From a virus (Duplodnaviria; Heunggongvirae; Uroviricota; Caudoviricetes), in the IMG/VR virus record IMGVR_UViG_3300041405_000130: 64,000 bases of DNA; one strand, 5' to 3'. Position 1 is the first letter of the stretch, and the number at the start of each line of letters is the position of its first letter. The notes beneath the pieces were generated by a model that searched no databases, was not told where the DNA came from, and saw nothing but the letters and a program-made list of their open reading frames with translations. Shown piece by piece: positions 34,741 to 44,272 of this stretch. Position numbers and translations under genes: made by a program.

Positions 34741-34993
34741 CTGTTAGCGAACCCACGTACAAAATTTCTGCTTCACCATCATAGCAGAACTGGTGCGGGG
34801 TTATCCCTGTCTTCTTCATAAGCCATTTGCGACGTTCGGTTACATGCTCTTCGCAAGACTCATAGAACCGCCCACAAGCTTGTGTGACGATGTATTCACC
34901 CGGTAGGGGTATATGGTCCGGCGTAAGCCACCAGAACTCGTTCCGTAGCCTTTTGAGTTGTTTCTCTAATACATCGCAAATGTCTTCAGTCAT
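34655..34993 (-). CDS. Hypothetical protein (112 aa), Cys-rich
   Basis: ORF; overlaps the downstream gene in a different frame. Confidence 0.45.
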   Translation of the reverse strand: MTEDICDVLEKQLKRLRNEFWWLTPDHIPLPGEYIVTQACGRFYESCEEHVTERRKWLMKKTGITPHQFCYDGEAEILYVGSLTDEDEIVLSWLHGEDIEHGKRTVPGESVV

Positions 34994-35268
34994 ACTGCCA
35001 TTTCTGCCAAGGTGAGTTCTTTTTCGGCGGGAGGCAACATGAAGCCCAACGAGTTCCGGTCTGACGCCAAAGCAATTTCTTTACGTTGTTCAGCATCCGG
35101 CACCAACAGGTACTGGAAGTATTCACCACGATCAGAAAACGCCCACACTGCCATGCCCTGTTCTTTCATCAGGTTCATGAACTTGGTTTCAGTTTCTTTG
35201 TCGTCTTTACGGAACGAACACAACACGTCACCAGGACGGAATGTGTCGATAGTTGCCAGATCAATCAC
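34990..35268 (-). CDS. Hypothetical protein (92 aa)
   Basis: ORF. Confidence 0.45.
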   Translation of the reverse strand: MIDLATIDTFRPGDVLCSFRKDDKETETKFMNLMKEQGMAVWAFSDRGEYFQYLLVPDAEQRKEIALASDRNSLGFMLPPAEKELTLAEMAV

Positions 35269-35626
35269 GCTTTGTTACCTCTTCTTCATCTTTATCAACC
35301 AGTGCCCAATACTCTTCGTAATAGGCCACGGTTGGTAAGGTGTATTCGATTGCCGTACCCAGTTCCGCAATTGGTGCATCGTAGAACTCAATACCAATGA
35401 AACCCAGCGAGCGCAATTCACGCGCGATCTTTTTACCCGCAAGCGATTCGCCACGGATATCAACCGGATGGTGAACTACAAACACCAAACCATGGCGGGT
35501 AACCCGAGTAGGTTGTGGTACCGGTTTTTCGTAGTGCAGGTCCATTACCGCTTTAACTACCGCATCGGCGATAGCTTCTTGGATCTCAACAACATGCTTG
35601 TCCGCATCTGGATACATGTGACACAT
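35261..35626 (-). CDS. Hypothetical protein (121 aa)
   Basis: ORF. Confidence 0.5.
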   Translation of the reverse strand: MCHMYPDADKHVVEIQEAIADAVVKAVMDLHYEKPVPQPTRVTRHGLVFVVHHPVDIRGESLAGKKIARELRSLGFIGIEFYDAPIAELGTAIEYTLPTVAYYEEYWALVDKDEEEVTKRD

Positions 35627-35955
35627 TACACGCCTGCCTTGTGGATAGTGATAGACATCCGGGTATACCCATCTCGGAAATCATTGAAGTGTACGGAGCT
35701 GAACTCTTTTTCTGCGAGTGCATCTCGTACAGCATGTTGTACGTATTCGGTGACAGCGAACGGGAGTTCGATGAACCACTTCCATTCATCGCCATTGTCC
35801 TGCGCTTTGATAAAAGGTTCGTCGTCCCCTTCATCAGACCGAAACTCTTTAATAACCCGCGCAAGAATATCTTCCACTTCTTTTGCGGTGCCAATTTTGA
35901 TAAGTTCATTCCGATCCGGGATCTGGCTCAATAGTTGTGCTACGCTCATTACCAA
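35626..35955 (-). CDS. Hypothetical protein (109 aa)
   Basis: ORF. Confidence 0.5.
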   Translation of the reverse strand: MVMSVAQLLSQIPDRNELIKIGTAKEVEDILARVIKEFRSDEGDDEPFIKAQDNGDEWKWFIELPFAVTEYVQHAVRDALAEKEFSSVHFNDFRDGYTRMSITIHKAGV

Positions 35956-36415
35956 CCTTCATGCGTTTCAGTATGTCGATGATCTGACCATCGAATTGAT
36001 TCGTTTCTACCGCGTCTGTGATGCACACCAGTCCCGGTTCCATGTCTTGCGGTTGCCACACTAATCCACTACGTAAAACAAATGCCGCCATAATCGGAGA
36101 ACTGTCGTTAGACAACTCTCCAAGTATGTGTAAATTCGTTACCGCTTCCAACCCGCCTCTGCTAACTGGCTTGCCGAAAGATTGCCTTTGCAACCCAGTC
36201 GTGCTACTAACTGAGGTGGGGGCGAGAAAGACAGAACCCGACGATTTGCCGCATGTTGGGTTTGTTCTTCCGTCAGTTGCTGCGAATGCTGATACATGGT
36301 GCGTTTCTCCGGCACGGTCTATTATTTCTAGAGTTGGGTGCACGTAGAGTCTGAAGGTTTGATCTTGATCAAGCTGCCACTCCCCACGAACAATAGCCAA
36401 TTTTGCATAAGCCAT
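35906..36415 (-). CDS. Hypothetical protein (169 aa)
   Basis: ORF downstream of a promoter motif. Confidence 0.5.
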   Translation of the reverse strand: MAYAKLAIVRGEWQLDQDQTFRLYVHPTLEIIDRAGETHHVSAFAATDGRTNPTCGKSSGSVFLAPTSVSSTTGLQRQSFGKPVSRGGLEAVTNLHILGELSNDSSPIMAAFVLRSGLVWQPQDMEPGLVCITDAVETNQFDGQIIDILKRMKVGNERSTTIEPDPGSE

Positions 36416-36443
36416 TGCTTTGCTCCTATAACAGATGCATACA

Positions 36444-36470
36444 AGTAATATAGATCTGAGATTTTTTGGA
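36444..36470 (-). promoter_or_regulatory. Promoter-like motif (minus: AAAAAATCTCAGATCTATATTACTTG)
   Basis: AATCTNANATCTATATTAC family. Confidence 0.5.
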
Positions 36471-36472
36471 CT

Positions 36473-36510
36473 AAAAAAAAGAAAGGATAGCTGCCTCCCC
36501 GAAGGGAGGC
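36473..36510 (-). terminator. Rho-independent terminator GCCTCCC-UUCG-GGGAGGC + U8
   Basis: Perfect stem and T-run on the transcribed strand. Confidence 0.7.
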
Positions 36511-36517
36511 AAACTGA

Positions 36518-36961
36518 TTACGAATCGAATCCTTTTGTCGACAGTTGTTTAGGTACTTTGTAGACAGTGCCTTTGATCTCGTTGGCTGCACAGAGTTGCT
36601 TCATGCGAAGAGCCACCAATTCTACTTTCGTATATTTGGTTAAGCTCTTCGCAAGCTTGTCTATGTCGGCCGAATCATACTGCTTGCGGATAAAGGCCGT
36701 AGCTTCACGAACCATAGACCACGCAACAACCATTTCAGTATTGCTTTGATAATTGGCAATCTCATGGTCAGCCCAGGCATTGATCGCATCGTCATCAAAA
36801 CCCGCATCGATCTTTGCTGCGGATACCGCCGAAGCGGATTCCACATAGTTGCAGATCTGGGTGTTGATTCGAACATCATCAAACTCGACAGCTTTGGCAC
36901 TACATGAGAACACCATTGCCATCGTGATACCGAGTGCTATCCAAGGAGCTACCGGCCTCAT
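36518..36961 (-). CDS. Secreted protein (signal peptide, 147 aa)
   Basis: N-terminal signal ..VFSCSAKA. Confidence 0.5.
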   Translation of the reverse strand: MRPVAPWIALGITMAMVFSCSAKAVEFDDVRINTQICNYVESASAVSAAKIDAGFDDDAINAWADHEIANYQSNTEMVVAWSMVREATAFIRKQYDSADIDKLAKSLTKYTKVELVALRMKQLCAANEIKGTVYKVPKQLSTKGFDS

Positions 36962-37425
36962 TCGGAGATACCATCGATCTTGAGTGGATCAACTTGATCT
37001 TCGTCTGGCATCACACGGTTTTCCAGGTTGTAGCAAACCGCTTGTACGTCGAAATGTTTTGCTTGCATTTCGGCATACTTCAGTTCAACATACTTGGGCT
37101 TCTTATCGAAGTCCGCTGGCAACACCGTAAGTTCCATGTGATAGCCTTGCTGCATCAAACGCGTAGCCAATTCACGAGGGCCGTTGTATGGATCGATTGG
37201 TTGCTCTTGACCGGATGTTTCTTGATCGTACTTGAGCATGGATTCGTAGTGGCGACGTACAATGTCTTCACCACGAGAGTTATCCACAATGATCCACAGC
37301 ACAGCCTTAGGGCTACCCATAGCAGGGACAGCTACAGTGTTCAATGACTTACGGAAGAGAGCTTCCGCTTCCACGTAACGCTCACCAAAGACATCACGTA
37401 GTTGACGAATCAGATTCATGTCCAT
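36958..37425 (-). CDS. Hypothetical protein (155 aa)
   Basis: ORF. Confidence 0.5.
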   Translation of the reverse strand: MDMNLIRQLRDVFGERYVEAEALFRKSLNTVAVPAMGSPKAVLWIIVDNSRGEDIVRRHYESMLKYDQETSGQEQPIDPYNGPRELATRLMQQGYHMELTVLPADFDKKPKYVELKYAEMQAKHFDVQAVCYNLENRVMPDEDQVDPLKIDGISE

Positions 37426-37429
37426 AATT

Positions 37430-37810
37430 TTACTCGTAGATAACGTAGTTTGTGTTCATGGCTTCCAGGCAATTGGAAGACTGCTTTTGAATAATTGCAG
37501 CGGGCTTGTAAGCCTTCTTCAAAGCTACACGGACGCTTGGTACATTCAGCTTTGCTAATACAGCACCCATGTATTCTGCTGGATGCTTTTTCGGATCTGA
37601 GCTTTCTTTATCGAGGTACGACATGATCTCGATATTAGAACTACCGCCTTGCATCATGCGGATAGTATCGGAAACAAACTTGTCGGCAACCAAACAACTT
37701 TTCTGCGTGATCACCGCTTTGCCGTTTGGTTCAGGTGCAGCGTAAACCGGATGACATGACATCAGTCCTAGCGAAAGCAAGGACGTAGTAATTAGTTTTA
37801 GGAATCGCAT
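37430..37810 (-). CDS. Secreted protein (signal peptide, 126 aa)
   Basis: Signal ..SCHPVYA. Confidence 0.5.
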   Translation of the reverse strand: MRFLKLITTSLLSLGLMSCHPVYAAPEPNGKAVITQKSCLVADKFVSDTIRMMQGGSSNIEIMSYLDKESSDPKKHPAEYMGAVLAKLNVPSVRVALKKAYKPAAIIQKQSSNCLEAMNTNYVIYE

Positions 37811-38223
37811 GGATCACTCCAGAAGTGGTCGAGTGGATCATACAACCAGACTTTACGGTCTTCGATATTGATTTGGTAAATGTCAAGCAAACGATCCCTG
37901 GGAATATTAAGGATGTCCATTACCGAAACCAAATCGCCGAATTGAATGTCTGCAATGATTACCCAGCCTTGTGCAGCATGGGTGATAACACGGGTGAGTA
38001 GGGTTTGCTCCCCTATTTCTTTTTTGCCGTCCCACAGTGTTACAACCTGCCCCGTCCACTCTTGGGTGGAATACATCATCGGAGGATTAGGCTTCAACAT
38101 CCATTCACGACGAGCATGTTGCCACAGCTCCAGCAATTCGTTTTCCATCCGATACCGGCGACGGACTTGACCTTGCAACACCCCAGCTAACAACGCAATA
38201 CAGCCAGATTCAAGATGCTCCAT
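37798..38223 (-). CDS. Hypothetical protein (141 aa)
   Basis: ORF. Confidence 0.5.
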   Translation of the reverse strand: MEHLESGCIALLAGVLQGQVRRRYRMENELLELWQHARREWMLKPNPPMMYSTQEWTGQVVTLWDGKKEIGEQTLLTRVITHAAQGWVIIADIQFGDLVSVMDILNIPRDRLLDIYQINIEDRKVWLYDPLDHFWSDPCDS

Positions 38224-38482
38224 TTTTTACCCCAAAGTAAATCAAAATAGCAACGGCGGAAAACATAGACCAAACGAGCAAGTTAGCCACACACAACAGC
38301 TTGAAATAATCAAACTTGGCGCGACAATGTTCGATGTAGTCTGCTCCGTGAATTCTCGGCTTGTAATTTACAGCCATCCGATTCGATTCACGCCCCAAGG
38401 CAAACGCCCGATATAAGAGCCAACATCCACACAATCCCAACGGGACAAGATATATGATCAGTGGAATGACGGGATACGTCAC
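38210..38482 (-). CDS. Membrane protein (90 aa)
   Basis: Three hydrophobic segments. Confidence 0.45.
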   Translation of the reverse strand: MTYPVIPLIIYLVPLGLCGCWLLYRAFALGRESNRMAVNYKPRIHGADYIEHCRAKFDYFKLLCVANLLVWSMFSAVAILIYFGVKNGAS

Positions 38483-38997
38483 GCCGCTGCACTCCGTACA
38501 GATTTGTTCTGCATCGAAGTAAAAGCTTCAGCTACGTCTTCACTGGCGATAGCCGAGAATCCGTTACCGCCTTGGTTCAGTTCACGACGTTCACCATTGA
38601 CGGTGTAATCGCTCATGACCTGAGTCAAGGCCATAGCAAGCTCGCTGGCGATCCACAGGTAGTTTTTACCCCAGGGTTTGCTGGTGGCCGTTTCTACTGT
38701 AGTTACCCCTACATCGCCTCGACGCAGGGTATGATGAACTTCTTCCCATTTACCGGAAGGTTTCTTTTCGATACGCAAAATGATTACATCTGCGCCTTTA
38801 TCACGAACCTTAGCAAAGATCAGATTCGTATGTGGGTTGAGTTGGAACAGTCGGGATGGTTCCTCATCCAACATGTTCATGTAACCACCAGAAAGGAAGT
38901 CACGAGTTGCAGCATCGATCATTGCCAATCCGATACGTTTAGCGTTAGTAGCTTTGTTCATTATTGTGGCCTTAAATGCTGCAGAGAGTTCTTGCAT
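38479..38997 (-). CDS. Hypothetical protein (172 aa)
   Basis: ORF. Confidence 0.5.
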   Translation of the reverse strand: MQELSAAFKATIMNKATNAKRIGLAMIDAATRDFLSGGYMNMLDEEPSRLFQLNPHTNLIFAKVRDKGADVIILRIEKKPSGKWEEVHHTLRRGDVGVTTVETATSKPWGKNYLWIASELAMALTQVMSDYTVNGERRELNQGGNGFSAIASEDVAEAFTSMQNKSVRSAAA

Positions 38998-39409
38998 CGG
39001 TTATTTCTTGAACGGAATAGCGATCACCATTCCAGCAGTACCCACACATAGCGCTAGTAATAACACCATGTAAATTTGTAGCGACTTCCAGGGTAGTATA
39101 GTTGGGTGATTCAACAACTACCCCAAGCACCCGGAAATGGTAATCCAGACGAACACGGATTTTATACCATTCATCTGGATTGTGATTCTGCCGTGTAATA
39201 ATGAAAACATGCTCAGGTGTTTCCTTGCTGAGTTCTTCAACTGCAACAGTTACCCGGTCTGTTTTATCACCATCACACCGTACATAAAAAGGTGTACCTT
39301 CCTTAGCGAACCGGCTAAGAAGATTCACATAACCAAATTCCAACCAACGGTCAATCAGACCAGCCGCCATGTGGCTAGCCAGATCTTTCGATGCTTCGGC
39401 GGTATTCAT
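38972..39409 (-). CDS. Hypothetical protein (145 aa)
   Basis: ORF. Confidence 0.5.
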   Translation of the reverse strand: MNTAEASKDLASHMAAGLIDRWLEFGYVNLLSRFAKEGTPFYVRCDGDKTDRVTVAVEELSKETPEHVFIITRQNHNPDEWYKIRVRLDYHFRVLGVVVESPNYTTLEVATNLHGVITSAMCGYCWNGDRYSVQEITDARTLCSI

Positions 39410-40122
39410 TACTTGCCTTCCATTTCCTGGATTTGTTTTTGGATGTCTTCAAGCGAGTCTTTAACATAACGCTCGTTATGCTGCTTTGCCAGAATACGTT
39501 TTTCTTCCTGTGTCGGTGACGCTGTTGGGTTCACTGGAAAGTTAAACGTTTTCATATCCATACCGAATGGTTGGGGATGGTCAGCTTCCATACCTAGAGG
39601 CTTAGCCAATTCTTCTTCATCCCAATCTTTCATGTGATGAGTCGAATATTCGGGGATAGCTTGTTTAGCCATACGTGCACCCCATTTACCACTAGGGGCA
39701 TCATAGCCGAACTGCTGCGAACGTCGACGACGAATCAACGTATCGGTTGGGTCAGCCCAGAAAATGTATGACCAAGCTTCTTGCTCTTCGTATACTGTTC
39801 GAGCTTGTACTTCCCCTTCCCGCATATTAACCCATGGCTGGATTTCATGCAAGAAGAACGCGAGTTTGGTTTCTTCATGTTTCCAGCTACTGTTTACTTT
39901 CAGATGCCAGTAACTGCCATTGATTGGATCATTATCAACCCAACGCAGGCTACCACCTTTGTAATCTTCGAAATCACCAGGAACGCCCCGCCCTGTCAAC
40001 ATGTCATTCATGTCAGGGATGTTACCTTCACCCATGCAGTGCTTGGACAACCATACAGCAATCTGCGGAGGCAAAGCGCCACTCAAACGCAGATCAATTT
40101 GTACGCCAGTGTAATGGCCCAT
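39409..40122 (-). CDS. Hypothetical protein (237 aa)
   Basis: ORF. Confidence 0.55.
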   Translation of the reverse strand: MGHYTGVQIDLRLSGALPPQIAVWLSKHCMGEGNIPDMNDMLTGRGVPGDFEDYKGGSLRWVDNDPINGSYWHLKVNSSWKHEETKLAFFLHEIQPWVNMREGEVQARTVYEEQEAWSYIFWADPTDTLIRRRRSQQFGYDAPSGKWGARMAKQAIPEYSTHHMKDWDEEELAKPLGMEADHPQPFGMDMKTFNFPVNPTASPTQEEKRILAKQHNERYVKDSLEDIQKQIQEMEGK

Positions 40123-40498
40123 TGTTAAATTCCTCTTTAAAATCGTGAAGTTTTAAAACTTTGCGTGAGATGATTGCATCAGGTTCAAATCGACATTGGT
40201 TATAACCACACTCGGCATCTTTCACATCGAGTTTAATTATACGCCCGCCTCTTTCATAAAGCAAATCGATTGGACAGCCATTTAACCAGCTCAACATCTG
40301 AGGTACGCCAGTAAACCCATAGAGCTTACCGAATGCTTCGTCCCCACGTGTTAAACCATCATCGCTAGGTGTGGGTTGGCAGCGTGCCCCTTCGAATGGA
40401 AAGTATTCCGATAGTCCACCCGCTAGGGAAAACTCATAGCCAACGTCAGCAGCGTATAACCCGCCACCTTCTATAGCTTCAATCCGAAATACCCTCAT
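40094..40498 (-). CDS. Hypothetical protein (134 aa)
   Basis: ORF. Confidence 0.5.
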   Translation of the reverse strand: MRVFRIEAIEGGGLYAADVGYEFSLAGGLSEYFPFEGARCQPTPSDDGLTRGDEAFGKLYGFTGVPQMLSWLNGCPIDLLYERGGRIIKLDVKDAECGYNQCRFEPDAIISRKVLKLHDFKEEFNNGPLHWRTN

Positions 40499-40760
40499 CC
40501 CGCAATTCCTCTTGTTCCATTTCCAAAGCTTGTATCGTCAGATCTTTTGCGTAGCGAATTTCAGCAGTCTGTATTTGGTGGTATGCAAACCCTGCCACGT
40601 TCCAACCAAAGCCGAATAGGTTAGCGCAAAGCAAGAACATGACTGTCTTTGGCCATTTGCCATTTTCTTGTTCGACGGATTGCAACAAGGCCATTGCTGA
40701 GAAGGCACACAATGCACCGCACAAATACCACCAGGTACCGATATAAATTCCGAAGAACAT
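40479..40760 (-). CDS. Membrane protein (93 aa)
   Basis: Hydrophobic. Confidence 0.45.
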   Translation of the reverse strand: MFFGIYIGTWWYLCGALCAFSAMALLQSVEQENGKWPKTVMFLLCANLFGFGWNVAGFAYHQIQTAEIRYAKDLTIQALEMEQEELRDEGISD

Positions 40761-40811
40761 CTTTCTTTCCTTTTAAAAACAAGTGAGCCCTCTTTCGAGG
40801 GCCCTTGTTAG

Positions 40812-41018
40812 TTAAGCTTTATGGAGGCGTTCAATAGCTTCCCGTTGCAGTGCATTTCTTTCCGTATCAGAGAGACTGAATACCGCCAGTGTCTCTGCTA
40901 CAGCCACACCAACTGGCTTATGGGTTTCACGTGCCTCTGCGACAGCAGCTCGCAGTACATCAGACAGGTAACCCGCACGAATCTGGGTGGAGGCGTGCAG
41001 CAGATCTTCGTACTTCAT
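40812..41018 (-). CDS. Hypothetical protein (68 aa)
   Basis: ORF. Confidence 0.4.
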   Translation of the reverse strand: MKYEDLLHASTQIRAGYLSDVLRAAVAEARETHKPVGVAVAETLAVFSLSDTERNALQREAIERLHKA

Positions 41019-41117
41019 TTTACTTCCTTACTGTGGGTTTGAGCCTACATTCTACCACAGGCTCACCTATTGTCAACACTTAGTTTGATGAAACATGCAT
41101 CTTTTTACGGTGCAGCT

Positions 41118-41378
41118 TTACAACGTGATTTGCTTGCAGGTGGATTCACGACGCACTGTATCACCACCAGTGCTACCGTATTTGTCGGTAGACACTTTAA
41201 GCTCACCATTAACGGTGATTGCGCCGATATGGAAAGACGCTTCCAATGCCCGGCAAACAGACATTGAATTCGATCCTTCAATAATCGTTGTTTCTTTTAC
41301 TGGAACCGGAGCGCGAGAATTGCTGCCACTGAAACCAATCATCACGGTCATAAATGCAACGGCTACTGTGCCCATCAT
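41118..41378 (-). CDS. Small secreted protein (86 aa)
   Basis: Signal-peptide-like N-terminus; promoter motif just upstream. Confidence 0.45.
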   Translation of the reverse strand: MMGTVAVAFMTVMIGFSGSNSRAPVPVKETTIIEGSNSMSVCRALEASFHIGAITVNGELKVSTDKYGSTGGDTVRRESTCKQITL

Positions 41379-41408
41379 TAAATCCCTTTTGTGTGTGATA
41401 CTATCAAT

Positions 41409-41441
41409 GTAATATAGGCTTATAAAACTTTTAAATCAAAC
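41409..41441 (-). promoter_or_regulatory. Sigma70-like promoter (minus: TTGATT-17 bp-TATATT AC)
   Basis: Same architecture as 28882-28912. Confidence 0.6.
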
Positions 41442-41480
41442 AAAAAAGAAAATGTCATAAGGCTCACCCGAAGGTGAGCC
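41441..41480 (-). terminator. Terminator GGCTCACC-UUCG-GGTGAGCC + U-rich tract; flanks CATAAGG / CCAATATG
   Basis: Perfect 8-bp stem. Confidence 0.65.
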
Positions 41481-41486
41481 AATATG

Positions 41487-41687
41487 TTATTCTGTTCCGT
41501 CCATCCACTTAGTGACTTCAGGCTGCCATGTGCTGAAACCATTCTTACCAGTCACTGAATCATCTTCAGTGTGGTAAACTCCGACGTACCACTGTTCGAA
41601 TGGTTCGAAGTAATACAAAACCCGCTGTTGGTCAGAGGGGCGATCATTGCCATCATAGACAGCTTTTGTACCAATCGGTTCACGCAT
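41487..41687 (-). CDS. Hypothetical protein (66 aa)
   Basis: ORF. Confidence 0.4.
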   Translation of the reverse strand: MREPIGTKAVYDGNDRPSDQQRVLYYFEPFEQWYVGVYHTEDDSVTGKNGFSTWQPEVTKWMDGTE

Positions 41688-41696
41688 GTTACTTCC

Positions 41697-41969
41697 TTAG
41701 ATGTCAGGACGTTCGTCTGTCCATTCTTTAGTCTTCATACCGGATTTCTCCAACTGGTAGTCATACCGATGTTGACGCGCATCTTTTGCCCAACCACGAC
41801 AAGTCTTACAGCTGCAGTTCATAGCCTTACGTTTACGCCAACCGGTAGGCTTCTGCTGTGGTAACCAATAGTCGTTCCGGTTATACATCTTCCAGATAGA
41901 CAACTGATTACGGAAAGAACGATAGTCTTCGTAGCGGTTTGATGCACGGGTTTGTTTGTCTGCGGACAT
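41697..41969 (-). CDS. Hypothetical basic protein (90 aa, Cys-rich CxxC...CxxC)
   Basis: ORF; CSCKTCRGW suggests possible Zn binding. Confidence 0.45.
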   Translation of the reverse strand: MSADKQTRASNRYEDYRSFRNQLSIWKMYNRNDYWLPQQKPTGWRKRKAMNCSCKTCRGWAKDARQHRYDYQLEKSGMKTKEWTDERPDI

Positions 41970-42028
41970 TGCGAATTCTCACACTGCGGTGCCCGCCCCG
42001 AATTGAGGCGGGCTACCGTATGCTTAAA

Positions 42029-42313
42029 TTACACATTGGTTATCTCCTCATTGTTAGCCAGAAAGTAATCTGCTTTGCACGTGTCAACCTGACCAGCATC
42101 AGTCAGGATAATAAAATTGGAAACAGACACTACCAGCAGAATCTTTTCTAATTGGATAGACAGGGTAGGTTTAATACCCAACCCAGTCACACCCTGATTG
42201 TGATCCATCCAAACGCAGTGTTCACCAACCAAGTCTATTACGTCTTGAGTATTGGTGCCGTCCCATTGGATTGCATTGAAAGGTGCAGGAATACGCCGAT
42301 AACGTTTATGCAT
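42029..42313 (-). CDS. Hypothetical protein (94 aa; start ATG 42313)
   Basis: Start moved to remove a 68-nt overlap. Confidence 0.45.
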   Translation of the reverse strand: MHKRYRRIPAPFNAIQWDGTNTQDVIDLVGEHCVWMDHNQGVTGLGIKPTLSIQLEKILLVVSVSNFIILTDAGQVDTCKADYFLANNEEITNV

Positions 42314-42707
42314 CTTTAACGATATCAAAAAGAGATTGCATGTATTCACGAGTTCCGCTATCATAGCCGTCACTGTCTTCCCAGATGTAATAATCTGGTT
42401 TAAGCTTCAGTGTGCCATAACCAACGGTGATGTGTGCTTCACCATTAGACCAAAAGATGTAGTGTGCATATGGACCAACGAATTGTTGCAAGCCAACTTG
42501 GCTAATGCCATCCCAACGATAAGCTAGGCGGGCACTATCCGTACCCTTCCGTTTGATTACTGTATTGCCTTTGGTGCGGGTAGCTTCAAATTTAGCTTTG
42601 GTTGAAGCCAGCATCATGGTAGACGCAGTACGGTTCAGTAAGCCCCGATACCACTCCCCAAACTGGGAAAGCAGATCTAATGTAGAAGGAAGCTTGATCT
42701 GTTTCAC
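42306..42707 (-). CDS. Hypothetical protein (133 aa)
   Basis: ORF. Confidence 0.5.
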   Translation of the reverse strand: MKQIKLPSTLDLLSQFGEWYRGLLNRTASTMMLASTKAKFEATRTKGNTVIKRKGTDSARLAYRWDGISQVGLQQFVGPYAHYIFWSNGEAHITVGYGTLKLKPDYYIWEDSDGYDSGTREYMQSLFDIVKDA

Positions 42708-42967
42708 AATGCAATCGCCGGCATGAGTTTGTTGGAACCACTGTTAAATTCGACAACAACCTTTTCACCAACCAGGTCTGAATAGTCACCATCAACAGCA
42801 ATCGATTTTGGCCCATCGTCTACAATAAGCACGGCTACACAGTTTACCAGCTTGTCACCTTCGATATCACACTTGGTGGCAAGAACTTCACCCACAACAA
42901 CTGGTTGTGCGGCGTACAACGGCAATGCCCAGCACAAAGCTGTCACTGCGATAAGTTTACGGATCAT
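42704..42967 (-). CDS. Small secreted protein (87 aa)
   Basis: Signal peptide ..LPLYAAQP. Confidence 0.45.
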   Translation of the reverse strand: MIRKLIAVTALCWALPLYAAQPVVVGEVLATKCDIEGDKLVNCVAVLIVDDGPKSIAVDGDYSDLVGEKVVVEFNSGSNKLMPAIAL

Positions 42968-43443
42968 GCTGCTTCCTTTTCTACTAAGCTTTTAGCAATC
43001 TTCATTGCGTGATTGTAATCGGTGACCACTTCGCCATTCAAGAACTTCTCGAAATAGCTACTGATGTCAACTGGACCTTTGAGTGTTTCGCGTGTGGAAG
43101 AACAGCAACGCGCGTAAGGGTTGTCGATGTAGCGCTCTACCAGAGCCACCATTTCTGGTTGTTCTTGTTTGGTGGACTCAGGTAGACACATCCACAGCAG
43201 TAGATAGTGGTTGATCTTGAGTAACCCACCAACACGGATTACATCACGAGCCAACCAATATTCCATCAGATACTTGAATGCCACGTAAAACTTGGACAGA
43301 TCTGTTTCACCCATCAACAACTTGTACCATGGGTATTCTGCCAGAGGAGAGGCTTTCCACTCTGCGTGACGAGCAATTAGGTCCTCACGCATTTTAAGCA
43401 CGTAAGCCGTTTCTTTAGCTCGTTGTTCTTCGTACGGACTCAT
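42964..43443 (-). CDS. Hypothetical protein (159 aa)
   Basis: ORF. Confidence 0.5.
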   Translation of the reverse strand: MSPYEEQRAKETAYVLKMREDLIARHAEWKASPLAEYPWYKLLMGETDLSKFYVAFKYLMEYWLARDVIRVGGLLKINHYLLLWMCLPESTKQEQPEMVALVERYIDNPYARCCSSTRETLKGPVDISSYFEKFLNGEVVTDYNHAMKIAKSLVEKEAA

Positions 43444-43739
43444 TTTGAATTCTCCAACACACGGTATTCATCTTCATCTACTTTGATTACAGTTACCTCT
43501 CTGCCAATCGAACGACTGTAGTTAGCATCTGCAGCAAAACCTTTTGTTTCACCCGTCTCAGAACGAACTGCAACCAAGCATTCGTCTTCCGTTGGGAGAG
43601 CCCCACCACCACGAGGGTAATAGATGTTACCGTTTTTGCATGTAGCACCAATCAAAGTGCCAGTCATGATAAAATCGGCTTGACGTGGTTTACAACCCAG
43701 CAACAGAAATGGGATCAAGCACAGGGCAAAGCGTTTCAT
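43440..43739 (-). CDS. Small lipoprotein (99 aa)
   Basis: Lipobox LLG-C. Confidence 0.5.
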   Translation of the reverse strand: MKRFALCLIPFLLLGCKPRQADFIMTGTLIGATCKNGNIYYPRGGGALPTEDECLVAVRSETGETKGFAADANYSRSIGREVTVIKVDEDEYRVLENSK

Positions 43740-43873
43740 TACTTTTGGTCCAGTTGATGTGACTTAACAACAGTCAATTGCATTTCAATGAGAGCACCAG
43801 CAGTGATGATGGTACCAATGAGCACGGCAAAGACAATGGCAAGGAAGCGTTTCACGGTGATATCTCTTTTTTA

Positions 43874-44230
43874 TTAGCCTATTGCTTGAGCAATATTGAA
43901 TGGCTTTGGTTTTTCTACTTGACGATGAGATTCAAAGACGTGATCGTCTAAGTAATTCAAAACGAGAGCATCCTCTCGCCAGCGTCGGGTAAAGAAAGAT
44001 TTTTTCAGGACAATTGATACACGGTACGTATGACGACTATCCGTATTGATGCAAGCGATGATCTCTTTGATGCAGGAGAATCGATCAGGTGCTAACGACT
44101 TCATTACAGCAATCACTTCAGCAGTATTACCACGAGTGTAAAATTTAGTCACGTTCTTTCCTTCTTTGTAAGTAGTCAATGGTTCTGGTGCTACCCAAGG
44201 GATCTCACTACCGCCCATATCAAAGATCAT
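43874..44230 (-). CDS. Hypothetical protein (118 aa)
   Basis: ORF. Confidence 0.5.
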   Translation of the reverse strand: MIFDMGGSEIPWVAPEPLTTYKEGKNVTKFYTRGNTAEVIAVMKSLAPDRFSCIKEIIACINTDSRHTYRVSIVLKKSFFTRRWREDALVLNYLDDHVFESHRQVEKPKPFNIAQAIG

Positions 44231-44272
44231 CTTACCTCCATGGCATAAACGGACCCAAAGGTCCGCGTATGA